From assembly GCA_051530055.1 (NCBI GenBank), contig CM121342.1:7324691-7388690 (forward strand): DNA of 64,000 nucleotides, in the 5' to 3' direction. Each line of letters starts with the position of its first letter. Position 1 is the stretch's first letter. The DNA comes from Neoechinorhynchus agilis. Taxonomy: Eukaryota; Animalia; Acanthocephala. The position numbers and the translations under genes were made by a program. Below, piece after piece: positions 48,551 to 62,027 of this stretch. The notes under the pieces are model-generated. The model did not search any database. It was not told the origin of the DNA and saw only the letters and a program-made list of their open reading frames with translations.

Positions 48551-50558
48551 TCATTTCTCCAAATCCTTTTTGTTAGCAGACAAAACAATATAAGGCTGGT
48601 TCAATTGCTTTTGTTTTTCATGTAAAAGAGTCACTGTGTTTAGGGGAGTATCAGTCGAAGTCATTTTCATCATACTCTCTTCTTCTTTGAATTTAACCAA
48701 CCGTTTCTCTGTCTTCTTCTTTCCACTTCCTTTTCCATGGAATCGATGAGACAAATACCTAAACGCTTCCTTTTCGTTCATCTTCCGACCATTCTCGCCC
48801 ATGTATTCAAGGGTTACGTTCGGTTTATAGTTTGGACGCTCTTTAAATTCAACAAGCTGTGAAGAAGTGACATTTCTCTCTTTTCGAGAAAACTTATCTT
48901 CAATGTCGTAACTACAACGATCGTCGATTGTCCAATTTCCACTTAGAATAGTCTTATTAACAGGTTGAGCTTTCTGTCTATCTTTTTCACCGTCGAGATA
49001 TCCTTTCGTTCGAACGAGTTGGAGAGCTGCAGAAAGCCCTGAATGAAGAATCGGTTCTTCATCGAAAACTCCATTGTCCGTTACGTGTTCGATCATCATT
49101 TCAGGAGCACTCGCTTCATGGTAAACTTCCTGGAATTTAATAGACTGAGACGATCCGCTCGGTTTTGTATTGACGGTCGAAGAGATGGGTTTGTGCTTTT
49201 CATTTTCTGACGATTGACCAATTCCTTGGCAGAATTCATTGACAGTGTTTAAAACGAGAACATCGTCGTTGAATTCTTCATTCGTTTCTATAACCTGGCG
49301 TTCAATTTTGTTAAATGAAAGATCGCATTTGCGTTTATTGTTGCATGCGTCCCAGCGATTCACCAAAAACAACGAAGTAAAAAAATTTCATATTTAAAAA
49401 CGATTTTTTCGAACAATCGAATATATGAAATAATCAATAAAAATATCGAATTTTGATCAATCGCAAATACACCTAAAGATTATTATGAACAATGCGAGGC
49501 TCTGAACACCATGGCACAGTCCGAGATTGCGAATGCGTTTGATAAAAAATTCGATTTATCGATTAATTATTTCGTATACTCGGAGAATGTCATATTTATT
49601 TTCTGTGAAAAACAGCAAAATAAATAGATTTTCAATGAATCTCCAACGAAAAAAGCGTAAATTTCGAACAAAATAGATAACTCGCCTCAGATATTTGGCG
49701 ATTCTAAGAAATCAATAAAAAAATCTTAAAAAAGAAAAGTCAACGTGGATAAAGTGAGAAGAACTTCTTTCGTAAAAAAACAGCAAAATAAATGGATTTT
49801 CAATGAATCTCTAACGAAAAAAGCGTAAATTTCGAACAAACCCGTTTCGTACGTGGAAAACAGGCGATATCCAATTGAGTGATTTCCAATTTTCGTCGAA
49901 CAAAAACATCATCGTCTTGTTCGTAAGCAATTTTCACATTTTCAGACTTATTGACCGTCACTTGTTCTTCACTTACATATCTCTCCTTAACTTTCTTCGC
50001 TTTCTTTTTCGGTCTTTTAAACTTTAAAACCTCTTCATTGCTCAGATAATCGCTGGCTTGTGTAAGTTTAAACGCCAAAGACTCTAAAGCGCCCGTTTTT
50101 TTGAGTCCAGAATCATCATCCGTTTTGGAACCGACATCTTCATTGCCAATCACAAAACCAACTTTACGTTTTTGACCGCCCTCAATAACTTCATCGTATT
50201 TTGCAAGAATACAATCTCCAGCATCATAAGGATTATAACCTTGAGATGGCAACTTCTTAAACTTTGCTCGCTTTTCAGCTTTCTCAGCTTCGACCATATT
50301 AACGTTTTCAAGAATGTCTTCGGCATCGTCCAATACTTGAACATCTTTAAGTGTTAAAATCACCGATTGACCAATTATAAAATCATTGGCGTTGTGACCA
50401 ACTTCAAGACCTTTCAAGCATTTCTCGTCTACATATTGAGGTAAACTTTGCTTTTTATCTTCTTCAATCAAAACAGGTACCTTCGCCGGACCAACCCGTG
50501 AAATCCATTCTTTAATAGGAAGATCCTCGGTGTCGTCCGACTCCAAATTCTTCTTCAT
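48551..50558 (-). CDS. SART1: U4/U6.U5 tri-snRNP protein SART1/Snu66; exons ~50558-49853 and ~49291-48551, N-terminal exon(s) not found
   Basis: GL.VGH, ILTLKD..VLD, L.NVN, YNPY, LAKYDE, GLSAAL.L...KG, YKPNV.LEY, KEAFRYLSHRFHGKGSGKKK and DTPL motifs. Confidence 0.9.
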
Positions 50559-50665
50559 GGTGCAAATCTACAAAAACCATTCGTTTCGTCGAAAAGACAA
50601 TAACAAAGCCATTAGAACAGAATTCTTTCGTGACTCAAAGTTAACGGTTGCATTGTTTACTCACA

Positions 50666-51065
50666 AGGGGCCCAGTGGCCGATTCGTATAAACGCTCACC
50701 CATCGGCCCCAGAGGGGGTTGGCCCTGTTCCTTCGAGTGCGGCTAAGCGCCTCCGTTGTGTGCAAGTCAGCCGAAAGGCTCAAAAAGGAATATAGCCGTG
50801 AGGCCAAAGAAGACGATGTCGAAAGACCAAGCGAAGAAAAACCCCTCCGAAATAGCGACCTTAGATCAATTCGGAACGCTTTCGATCAGTTTTTCGGATC
50901 TGAAATCCACAAAATCGAACGCATCAGTTTGAGTCAGGTTTTGGGATCGCCTATCCTTCCAGTACGGCTGAGCGCTTCCGAGGTGTGTGAGTTAGCCAAG
51001 AGGCTTCCAAAGATATGCCGTTAAAACCCTGAGTGTATGCGATTTAAGATAAATAAAATAAAAAA
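50666..51065 (+). mobile_element. ~400-bp GC-rich A-tailed insertion (SINE-like, unclassified) within a ~185-bp tandem repeat
   Basis: Abrupt GC shift, ends in AAATAAAATAAAAAA; the left flank resembles the repeat at 51060-51420; internal ~50-bp duplication. Confidence 0.5.
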
Positions 51066-52364
51066 CCAGTTGAAATTTAAATTTCTCCTTTATTATTACA
51101 AAAGTCGCATAAACAGACTTTCCTTTTTCCGCATTGTTTACCTACAAAGTGCAACCGTGATTTCTCCATAAAAGAATCGCATTTTCCCGATAATGAAGAT
51201 TCGGTAATCAAAGTCGATTGATTTCCTTCGTTTATTCAATTATGAAAAAAACCAGTTGAAATTTAAATTTCTCCTTTATTATTACAAAATTCGCATAAAC
51301 AGACTTTCCTTTTTCGAACACTCGAAAAAGTGAGTGTTTGCATTGTTTATCTACAAAGTGTAATCGTGATTTCTCAATAAAGGAATCTCGTTATCCTGAT
51401 AATGAAGATTCGGTAATCAAAGTGTTGTTAAATTCACAAATTTCAAATCGAAGAAGGTTATTATCGTGGATAATTTGAACGGTCTGATATTCCTATGAAC
51501 AACAATGATGAAAGTCTTTTATAAACTTGTTTTTCTCCATTTAATTCGGTGTTTGTACGTCTTGATGTTTACATTTAAAAAGACGAGTCGACGTAGTGTA
51601 ATCGATTGAAATAGTTGAGTGCTTGTTCAAAAATTTGTCGTTTTATATAGTAAATTAATTTTTCTTGGACCGCACGGATTAAAATTTTGTGATCACAATT
51701 TGTACACTTCAAAAGTTTATATCGATTGGACTATAATTGATTTATTAAAGAAATTAGAAGGTAATTGGATCTGAGGCTGTTTAGATTCATTTAGACGACT
51801 TCATTGAAATTTTCCATTGGATTCTGAATAAACAAAATGATAAAATAACAAGATTAAGCTCATGGCGTCGATAAAAAGATGTCGCATTTTAAGGATACAA
51901 GATGATCCGGATTTCTTGAGCTTGATAAATTTTTATTCCTTCTATTGCATGGCTCATGGTGAATTCTTAACTTGATTATTTATAGTTTTTTTCTGCGCTT
52001 CTAGAATGCTCAATAAAAACATAATATGAAATTCGCATAATTTTCTTATGTATTTTTTTCTTTAAAGTGCTCATAAAGATTTTCTTGTTCAGTGTCCATT
52101 TTCAAAAGCAAAAACTTGATGTTTTTTGTGGTAAACTTCCATACGGTGACGAATCTTAGACCGTAACGAATTCAAACGGTTCTTAAACACAAACTTCGAA
52201 CCGATGATTGTCTCAACGATTAACGCGACTTGTTTTGGGATAAGTTCGATCGATCACAACGCATCTACGATCTACAAAACTGCGCTATACGCAATTAGAA
52301 TCGAAGCACACGATTGAAAAACGCCACGTTCAATCGGAATTTGATCTTTAATCGTTTTACGCTA

Positions 52365-54830
52365 ATGGCTGAAACTACTCTAATCGTCCCGAAAAAGGAG
52401 CCAATCAAATACCGTATATTGGTAATAATACTTCTGGTTAGCTGTGGAACCAATCTTTTTGTGAAAGCAGCATGGCACCAACTTCTTTACGTTATCACTA
52501 TCGTTCCTGAAGGATGCCAAATGATCGATAATTTTACACTTTTGAAAGGAATAGCAACTTGCTTCTCAGTATTCTTGTTCGTGGTATCTTATTTGGCTCT
52601 GGAGTACAAACACCGTCGATCGAAAGGATCTTCAGTTTTACGAGTTCCGTTTATTTATCTGAATTATTCAGTCGCTCTTGTTACCGGACCGATTTTCGCA
52701 AGTTATTGGAATTATACTCATCATCTGAGTGGACAGCATAAATGTGTAGCGTATCCTTGGCAGGTTACTAATCAGATTGAGTTTTTAGATTAATACAAGA
52801 TTTATTAATTTCTTTACCTTTTTTTAAGCTTAATCTTGTGTTAATGCTGCCAAATATCACCTTAAATCATATCAAGAAGATCCTTAGAAATGGCAAACAT
52901 TGGAGGGGAATGAACATAATCCTCTCTTTTTAAAGATTCTCTTATTCAAATATTTCAATCAAATTTTGACTTGTGTGTCGTAAATATACTCGACCGGTTA
53001 GAAATCATTTTATTGTAGGCGAAATATTTCCAAAAAGAGAGGAAACCTCGCCTCACAAATCATTGCTTCGCTAGTGATTTCATTACAATAAAGTGATTTT
53101 TAACCGGGTGATTATTTTTGCATCAAGTCAAAATTTACCATCTCGAAATCAACTTTTATAACCCGTTTGTTTTCTTTAACAAAACTTAAAGAATTAGTTT
53201 TAGGGGATTTTAGTGACAAATCATCTTGTAATCATTTTTGGTGCTTTCGCTGGTTGTTCCGGCCAAAAGCCTTGAAAAAAAGAATTGTTTTTGACTTGCG
53301 GTGAATATACTCGACCGGTTAGAAATCATTTTATGGTAGGCGAAATATTTCCAAAAAGAGAGGAAACCACGCTTCACAAATGATTGCTGAGGCTAATTTA
53401 CATATTTAAAAACTTGCGAAACAATGATAGGTGAGGTTTTTTCTATTTCGAAATATTTTGCAAATAATAAAATGATTTTTAAGCAGGCGAGTATATTCAC
53501 GGCACACAAGTCACAATTTAGCACCCCGATGGATTCTCTCTCTCGATATGATTTACACTCCAATCACCTTAAATCATTTTAAGAGCCTTTTTTTAAAGTA
53601 TCATGATTGATAGTGAGTTAGAAAAAGTCATGGAAGGATACACTAGACTATAGAGCAATAGTAATCTATGCATTTGCATTCGTCTATGTTGCCACATCCA
53701 CGGTGGCTAATATCGTGATGTTAGAGTTAACCTGCCGCCGGAGTCCTCATTTTACGGGTCGACACAAAAAACGAGCTTCGGCCCTCATCATTCATGCTTA
53801 TTTGTTCGGCCAATCTCTTGCCGGTCTCATTACCGCAGTCCTTAGCACGATACAACGCTACAAATGCAGTCATCTGAACTGTACGATTGTTCGGTCCATG
53901 GATCAACCCAACTATTTCCCAAGCATTATCAAAAACAAACCACAAATGATGTTCTGTCAACAAAACTTAGTCGGCCATCTACGATTCTCGGTATCAGTCT
54001 ATATGATGTTCACTGAAGCTGTTGTATTTTTGTCATTTGTTGGATTCATATACCTTCACAAACGGCTCCATTCAGGACGAGGGCTGCGACAAGTGGCCGA
54101 TCAGCTTGATGAACACGATCAATACGTGGAATATGAAGCGGGTGCTTTACATTTCGATTTGAGAACTAAGAAGCATATTGTCGTAATGGCTATGGTTTCT
54201 ACTTTCCTTATAGACGGAATCATGCCTCTTTTCGAACATTACGGTTCAGCTACAGCTAATGTCGTCGACTATCGGATCATTTTAGTCAATTTAGGTATAA
54301 ACTTCACTATATTTTATAGAACTTAAACATGAGAGAAAAACCTGTTTAGCTTCATTGGCCACTGTGGTTGGAGTTGCGATCGCTGTAATGCTCCGATTAT
54401 TTCATTTTGGTCAATCTATTCAATTCGGATATTGCTCCCTTGCAATTGGAGTGCTCATATGTTCATGCACAATATTTTTGTCGGCTTTATTTCCTTCAAG
54501 AACGTCGAGCAAAAACGACTTGGTTATTGTAAGTTTCAACACAATCACCAAAACAAAAAAAGGTTTCAATATCTTTACCGTGAATTTTTAGATGATATTA
54601 TTAATAACCGAGAAGCTCATTTTGGAATCAGTAAAAGCTCAATGCGCCATAAAAGTTCATTCGACAGCAAGGAAACAGTTGATGTTTTGGTTGGGATCAC
54701 TGGAAGAGATGAGTGGAGGTATCGGTCTCATCATCTCGTTTTTTATATCCAGGTTCGCAATAAAGATGGCACGAACGAGGACTCCATGCCATATTGTTTG
54801 CGATCTTGCCGATCTCAAACATGATTAGAG
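52365..54830 (+). CDS. Multi-pass membrane protein, probably a divergent equilibrative nucleoside transporter (SLC29-like), multi-exon
   Basis: Many hydrophobic segments; AYLFGQSLAGLITAVLS resembles the ENT GQxxAG motif; exon structure uncertain. Confidence 0.5.
52985..53400. repeat. Intronic non-autonomous repeat, partly duplicated, with an inverted dispersed copy at ~61270-61430
   Basis: AATATACTCGACCGGTTAGAAATCATTTTA at 52985 and 53305; ~53150-53300 is the reverse complement of ~61270-61430. Confidence 0.8.
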
Positions 54831-55180
54831 GACGTAGATGATGATTTTTTATTGATTTTAAGGAAATAAATCCATAGTTTTGCGTTTGGGATAGCGTTAT
54901 ATTAAGATTTTAACAAATTTCAGTTTTAATCGACAAGTTGGCATTTACTATTAATTGAATTTGATGAAGAAGAGATTTAACTACACTGCTTTGTACAATC
55001 TGTTTCAGTTACCATGGATACTTTATACTCAAAATTCAAATGAAAATCTGTGAAGATTGACTATTCTGAACGTTTTTTTCATCCAAATTAATCGTTACTA
55101 ATGTTAGATAATGATCAGACAAAGGTGTTGGCTTCAACTGATTTGAAATATTTTACGGATGCGAAAATCATGCACCCAGT

Positions 55181-56927
55181 GTGAGTGAAGTTTTAAGCGA
55201 TTGTCGCATTTGTGGACCGCGATTATTTTCTTCTTTTTTTAGAATTAAAGGTGTACTAACCGACATGGGTTTTAGTGAAACCCGTAATCCATTGGACAAT
55301 GTGACTATCGCATGGATATGTTGTAGAAGCAAGTGTAGACCATTCCCTCACTCTGCTCGAATGGTCAATCGTCTAAGTAATGAAACAGAATTTGCGGATA
55401 AACTACACTTAGTTCAACTATTGAACACTTATGATCGAATTATGGCATTTAAGAAATTATCCAAATTCGAATATAAGGAAGTGAGACATCCTAACGGCAT
55501 TCCAAACACTTACAGCATGGGATCGGCCATTATGCGGCAGGAGTTACAAAATCATGCAAAAGGTATATTTGGTTTAATCATTCCGGTAAATTAGTTAAAG
55601 TTTATATTCAACAGAAGATGATTATTGGATTATGAAGCCTACGTGTCTTAGTCGTGGACGAGGGATACAAATAATCAAAGGAAACGAAGAACTCATAAAA
55701 ATTCTTAGACGTTTTAATATGACCCAGCAAAAATACTCTTTTGCGCCTAGAACTAACGACCCGTTTTTAATCCAAAAATATATAAAAAATCCACTTTTGC
55801 TAAATAAAAAGAAATTTGACATAAGGTGCTTTATGGTAATTGCATCAACAAAACCATTTTTGGTCTTTCATGATCCGGGTTATGTTCGAATTTCTCTCAA
55901 TGATTTTGTTTTGGACGATCAAGATAACGCTACACATTTAACTAATCAAGTAAGTACCAAAAAACGTTTGGATTTTTCCTATATAAAATAATTATAATTG
56001 ATTTATTTTTGATAATTTTCAGACTTCGTGCAGGCCTTCTTCATCAGTCTATTGTTCCGCAAGACTGAAGAAGGCCTGCATGAAGGGTGAAAATTATCAA
56101 AAATAAATCAATTATTTGATAATTCGCTATAAAATTGAGAAAATGGTGAACAATTTTACAATTTTTTAAGAAGGTAGGATCAAAATTATTCTTAAAATTT
56201 CAGAGATTTTCCTTCGCTTTTTTTAAATATTTCTTTAAAAGTGCATTCAAGAAAAGAAGAAAGGATACAGAGCTCAAAAGGAAGACACCGTTTGGTCTAT
56301 CGAACAACTCAACGAATATTTAAATGAAACGTTTTGCAACTGTCCAAAGTACAAAAAGGACTATGCAATCAAAAATCTTCAAGTAAATTTTGGATATGAA
56401 AAAGTCATATCAAAAGAGTGTATTGCAGGCTCAACAAAGAAATATTCTGAAACGTGTGATCGTGGGTATGCGAACTATGGCAAATCGTAAAGATGGCGAA
56501 TTTGGAATTTACGGATGTGACTTTATTATCGATGAAAATTTTCGAGTATTTCTTCTTGAAATAAATATTGGACCATCATTGAAGACCAATACCGAGGTTC
56601 TAGAGTCCGTGATTCCCCGCGTCCTAAGACATGCAATTAGTAAGTGAATTTTGTTTTTATTTTCAAACACAATTATACATAGGAATCGCAATTGAGTGTT
56701 TTGATAAGAAGCAACTGGGCCTTCCTCTTCGACCAATTCAAACTCCGACAACTATGAAAATTATTTATGCGGAAAACTCTCCCGCCATTCACTTGTTCAG
56801 GGGAATTCGTTCAGCTGAAAATTATTTAAAACGAGTCAGATTAATTGGATCATATAAAAATGATCTTAAGACCTTGGTGATTGAGCGTATAAGCAAGAAT
56901 GCCGCTGATAAACAGATAAAACAATAA
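55181..56927 (+). CDS. TTLL10: Tubulin-tyrosine-ligase-like protein, TTLL10-like (glycylase clade), multi-exon; start not defined
   Basis: WIMKP..SRGRGI, IQKYIKNPLLL..KFDIR, HLTNQ, DTVWSIEQLNEY and GCDFIIDENFRVFLLEIN motifs. Confidence 0.8.
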
Positions 56928-57196
56928 ACGGATTAATTTTGACTTCAGACTTGCGAATCGCGATTTCAACTATCTTTTTTTCTATCAATAAGCAAAAAAC
57001 GTAAACATTTCAGAGCTTCCAACGAAATTTGATTACTTATGGCAACCCTCTGCTTCCAAAATAATCATAACGACCGCGATTTCCGTCTTTCATGAATTCA
57101 AAGTGAAATAAATCGCCTGAAATACTTAAATATAAATCGTGGCAATAAGACCGATCTTGTTCAAAGACACCCGAGAACCATCACTGGTGCAAAGGA

Positions 57197-57451
57197 CTAA
57201 GCGCGGGGAGGCGAAGAGCCGTGGTTCTCTTGGAGGCAATCGTTGAGCAATCCCGTAAATGCTTTGGCGATCTGATATCGTGCGCCCTTTAGGATCCGTT
57301 TCAGGACGTTCCTGGGCAGAAACCGCACGATATCAGGTATCGAAATAGAGTCAGCGGTAATCTGAGAGGTCCCAGGCCTAAACAGATCGGTTGATTGTGG
57401 CGAAGAACCAGACCCGCTACAGCGGAGATCCCGGGGACCATGGGCAAACAA
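57197..57451 (-). mobile_element. CRE-clade N-terminal ORF fragment
   Basis: VLKRILKGARYQIAKAFTGLLNDCL resembles the CRE LKRIPKxAR segment; GC-rich island. Confidence 0.55.
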
Positions 57452-57900
57452 AACCCAAAAATTGGTTAATTTATAAGACTAACTGCAACCTACCCGGTTA
57501 CCGAGAAAGCGAATGTGTAATTTAAAAGGCATCAAGCAAATTTATTGGAAAGATTTGCACCCAAAAAATAATAACTAAGTGAGTTTATTTGAATTAAACC
57601 GCAAATAAATTATATAGCGACATAACAACGTTGAAATGTTTACGATTTTGGATTTAGTCACGACTCAAAAAATTCTTATAAAATCCCTGTTTCAAAGATT
57701 TGTTTATATGGCGTATAAAAATTAAAAGAATTTTGGTTAAATCCGATTGATTTCAGAGGCATAATCACGGTTGTAAAATTTTTTTGTCGCTAATCGGCTC
57801 GAGATCAATTTTTAATTTAAGATAAATTCACAAGATTGTAAGTGAAATATCAGAATTAATAAATTCTTTTAATTTTTACACACCATATAAACAAGCAAAC

Positions 57901-58450
57901 TAAAGTGAATTCGTAAAGATATAATCCATTGTTTGTAAAAAGAAGGGAAGTAGTACAAATAATATTTTATTGAAATATTTCGACCCTCAAGTGGGTCTTC
58001 TTCAGTCAATCTGAAAAGGTCAGGGTTTTTTGCGATCGCTTTTCCACTCCCCCTTATCTGGCGGTATTCTGAGTTTCAGTTTGTAGTCCGCTTTGTTACC
58101 TTCGAATGTTGGAAGGTATTTATGCAACTGGCTTCCATCACCAATCGTCCGAATCGATCCTGATTACGTGACAACATCTTTGTGTTGTTGAAATCGATTC
58201 GATGACCATTTTTCATGTGGACGATTGGTGATGGAAGCCAGTTGCATCAAATACTTTCCAACTTTCGAAGGTAACAAAGCGGACTACAAACTGAAACTCA
58301 GAATACCGCCAGATAAGGGGGAGTGGAAAAGCGATCGCAAAAAACCCTGACCTTTTCAGATTGACTGAAGAAGACCCACTTGAGGGTCGAAATATTTCAA
58401 TAAAATATTATTTGTACTACTTCCCTTCTTTTTACAAATAAAGTGAATTC
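57901..58450. mobile_element. Palindromic PLE insertion: ~245-bp inverted arms, GIY-YIG C-terminus, hammerhead in each arm
   Basis: Minus strand encodes GHRIDFNNTKMLSRNQDRFGRLVMEA; HHR at 58360-58401; direct repeat TAAAGTGAATTC at both ends. Confidence 0.9.
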
Positions 58451-58616
58451 ATTGAAACCGTTCAACCATCACACCTTGTCGGTTAGATGCATTTAATAAA
58501 GCAGTAAATATTAATGCTGGATTTTGCAAAGATAATTTTCGGAATGCGATATAATTGGCTGCATTCTCTTTTGTTTATTGAAAGGACGAGGAAAAGATAT
58601 CCAATTATGTTTTTAT

Positions 58617-58866
58617 GTTTTTTTCATGTTGTTCATTGAGTAGAACGGAGATCGACTCATTGAGTGTCGTTGCAAAGTTCAATGAATATGAAAATCACTA
58701 AATCCGCCGAAATCGATAGTTATTGGCAATCGTTGCTTTTTTAGGACTGCGAAATGTCTTTTTTATTTCATTCAAATCGACTTTAGTGATTTTCATATTC
58801 ATTGAACTTTGCAACGACACTCAATAAGTCGATCTCCGTTCTACTCAATGAACAACATGAAAAACC
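58617..58866. repeat. MITE-like element with ~88-bp near-perfect terminal inverted repeats
   Basis: 58620-58710 is the reverse complement of 58781-58865 with about one mismatch. Confidence 0.85.
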
Positions 58867-59989
58867 ATAAAGTCACATTGGAAATATCTTTGGATTAAAT
58901 CTAATTATGTATTTTCGCGACCAAAAAGTATTTCGCCCAATCTCACGGAATAAAGACGAGCACTTCTTTAATCTTGAGCAATAATAAAACCCAATGGATG
59001 AACATCGGCTTTCTTTAAATTTAAGAAACGATCTATCGACGTAAAATTCAAAATGCATTTTTATCGCGTCCCAAAAAAATCACATAAAGGTTCCAAATTC
59101 TACGAATCCTTTCTCCAATGTTCAATTGGAGCTTGTTGAGAATAACACTGAACTTGGCAATGTTAATCTTCGGATCGGAATATTTTTTAGACTTGGAGTA
59201 TCTATTTGTTCGTCATATCGATCTCGGGCTTTGATGAAATCGTTGGCAACGGGAAAAGAAAACTGAAAGAAATCGTAATGAAATTTCGTTAAAACGAAGT
59301 TGGTGATTAATTTCTATTGAACATATAAAATATCCATTGTTTTTAGATAGGATTGGGGAATTTTGAACTTTGTAGCGGTTTAATAACCTTTATTTTTGGT
59401 TTAATAGGACAAAATCTAATTTCAACTCTGTTTTCTTAGTCCTTTCGTCGATTTAACCGATTATTGTTTTTCCATGCGGATAAACATTGGATCAACGGAA
59501 TTTGTTGATATCAACAAAATAAAACTGTTTTCAAAAAAACCCGCTGAAAACACGCAAAACTACTTTTCTATTCGCATTCCTTGGATTTTTGGAGCAATTC
59601 GATTGTGGATCGTACAAAAATTCACTGTGCTATTATAAAAAAAATAGGGATCATTTTATATTGACAGAAACGTTAGAATTGCAAAATTGCGTTTCTGAGA
59701 GATATAAAATTTTAATATTTCTACAGCATTTGTAGAATATCAAAAAGATTATTCGAAATTTACAATAGTGCATCCTCGAGACGATAAAGATAGTGTTTCT
59801 GGCACAAAAATTAACAACTTTTAATGAAACCCACAAAATTGTATTTGATTATTTGTCAATTTTAGTTGTTTATTCAATGTAAATTATACGAAAAAATTCA
59901 TCCTCGAGATCCTCCGTTTCCATGTCGGATCTTTTATAAAAAAATTAGTGTTAATAATTAAAATATGTATTTAAGAAGCAACTAAAAAA

Positions 59990-61210
59990 TAAATGTATTC
60001 AATCAATCTTCATTTCTCGACAATTAACACACTCACCACCTCCCGCCGAATTCCAGCTTTTGTCCTTCCTCGACCGTCGCCTTCACGCTGGCAGCATTGC
60101 CCCGTTGTACTGCCAGCGAGATATTTTGTCGAAGGAATACGCCTGCTCTTGAGTCTCCGGTCGTTTCTCTCAATTTCTTCGAGAGATCCTGGAGCAGAGT
60201 GCCGAGCTGCCGAGCGCTCCATACGTCTCCACCCCAAAGGGGACAAAATAGTGAGCCCTCGATAAGTGAAGATATTTCCGTATTTTCCTCCCTTCCGCTG
60301 CACTGGCGGCACCACCGGCGATTTCGAGGGAGTAGCGGATGTTGCTGGCTGCGAGGGACGTGGCGTCCCAGAGAAGGCATTTGCTCCCGCCCCGGAAAGA
60401 TCGAAATTCCATCGGGGCTACGGCCGTCTAGTCGACAAAAATTGACGGGTTCCAAGATGTCCGGGAAGTTCGTCGTTCTCAACGCCCGAGAAATTGCGTT
60501 ATTGATCTCAGAATGGCGTGAGAACCTTCCTCCTGACCTTCTGCAGACGAGACCGTGTCGCCCGAAGGCATCAACCAAAGACCCACATCGACAGCGATGG
60601 GGCGTGCATATCGGGAGACCAAGTCTTTAGGACACTGCGATCATCGTTACCTCATCAGTAAGAAAAGTTCCCGCTGATGCCAGAGGAACAGCCTCCAACC
60701 ACGCCCCAGATTCTCGTGTCGAAACTGCCAACAATATAGCTCGGACGACCCCATCGCGAGAACCTGAAAGTAGAGAGCTGTGAGCTCTCGCGACAAGAGG
60801 TCCGTCCCAGATCGACTGTCTGAGGCCATTCACGGGAACGTGGTTAGCGCCTGTCTGCTGGCACCATTCTTCAACTGCCACCACGAAATCCCGGCCAAGA
60901 CAAAACTTTTCCTTCAAAATTTTCTTCGATACTGGTAGGCTCCCCTCAAACGATCCAAGAAATGCCGCCCAATCCCCCCAGATGACACAGGCAAAGAAGC
61001 TTGTCGCCACGCCTCATCTGAGAGCTGGACATTTAAAATACGTTCGAGGCAAGCCCTCACCTTGCCGTCGAGCTTCGCCAATCCTTCCTTATGTTTGAAA
61101 AATGTTGCTGTGCGAACCTTGTACAATAATTTGGGGATGAAGAGCGCGTTCTTTATCAGAAAAACGCTTCGTTAGCCGAGAGAGCGCTCACCCTATCGCA
61201 CAGCAACGAA
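59990..61210 (-). mobile_element. CRE-clade non-LTR retrotransposon, 5'-truncated, frameshifted
   Basis: RESGAWL.A.P, CRCG..HGLVC..GRFSRH, DGR.PDG, WDAT, PFGVET and QRGN motifs; AT-rich tail at ~59990. Confidence 0.9.
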
Positions 61211-61692
61211 TGCCGAATGGAATGCAATTCTTTATTTAATCAAGAGAAAATCCGTCGGGATGGTAAATTTTGACTTCGCCGCAAGTCAAAAACAATTCTT
61301 TTTTTCAAGGCTTTTGGCCGGAACAACCATCGAAAGCACCAAAAATGATTACAAGATGATTTGTCACTAAAATCCCTTAAAAATAATTCTTTAAGTTTTG
61401 TTAAAGAAAACAAACGGGTTATAAAAGTCGTTGAAATTTCAATTGCATTGTAACATGAAAATGGAACTTTCACGCATTCGAAATCAATTTGTTTTTACAA
61501 ATATTGAAAGAGTTATTTTTAAAGATTGGCTTTTAATTGATTGGATTTATTGCGAGTGTCCTCTTCTACGTGCCATATTTTAAACAAATTAAATAATATT
61601 TGTGTGATAGACGCAACGATTCGTCATTAGTTTCTTCAATTGTTAGAATTTTTAAAAGTGTATAAAACTTTGATCGCTTCTTTCAATTTGAG

Positions 61693-61944
61693 ATGTTTCT
61701 AGTAAGATCAATGAATATTTCATCACTGATCACAAGATCAATCACAAAATCATCATTTTACTCGTGGAAGCCTCTGATGAACAAACCTATACCAAACAAC
61801 CCAATTAACTACCCCAGAGGAATCGTAAAAATATTCGCAGTGCTCTCGGTATCCATGGTTGTTGGTAGTTGGGCAGCGAGATATTTGGCAGAAGGTCTTG
61901 AAAAACTTGATTTATTCGTCTATGAAGCTGAAGACGATGACTAA
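61693..61944 (+). CDS. SMDT1: EMRE, essential MCU regulator (83 aa)
   Basis: N-terminal targeting-like peptide, P..G...[IV]F.V single TM helix, A..LE..DLFV and an acidic tail EAEDDD. Confidence 0.8.
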   Translation: MFLVRSMNISSLITRSITKSSFYSWKPLMNKPIPNNPINYPRGIVKIFAVLSVSMVVGSWAARYLAEGLEKLDLFVYEAEDDD

Positions 61945-62027
61945 TTCCGTTTAGAACACTTATCCATCAATAATAAATTTCTGGTATCTTTAAAGATCTA
62001 AACGGAGTTGCCAATGCGCTTCGCATC

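Noticed and set aside
50666-50745. tRNA gene
   Set aside because: The start resembles a tRNA 5' end, but there is no cloverleaf or convincing B box.
57271-57336. 13-bp inverted repeat suggesting a structured ncRNA
   Set aside because: It lies within a CRE coding fragment; no other support.
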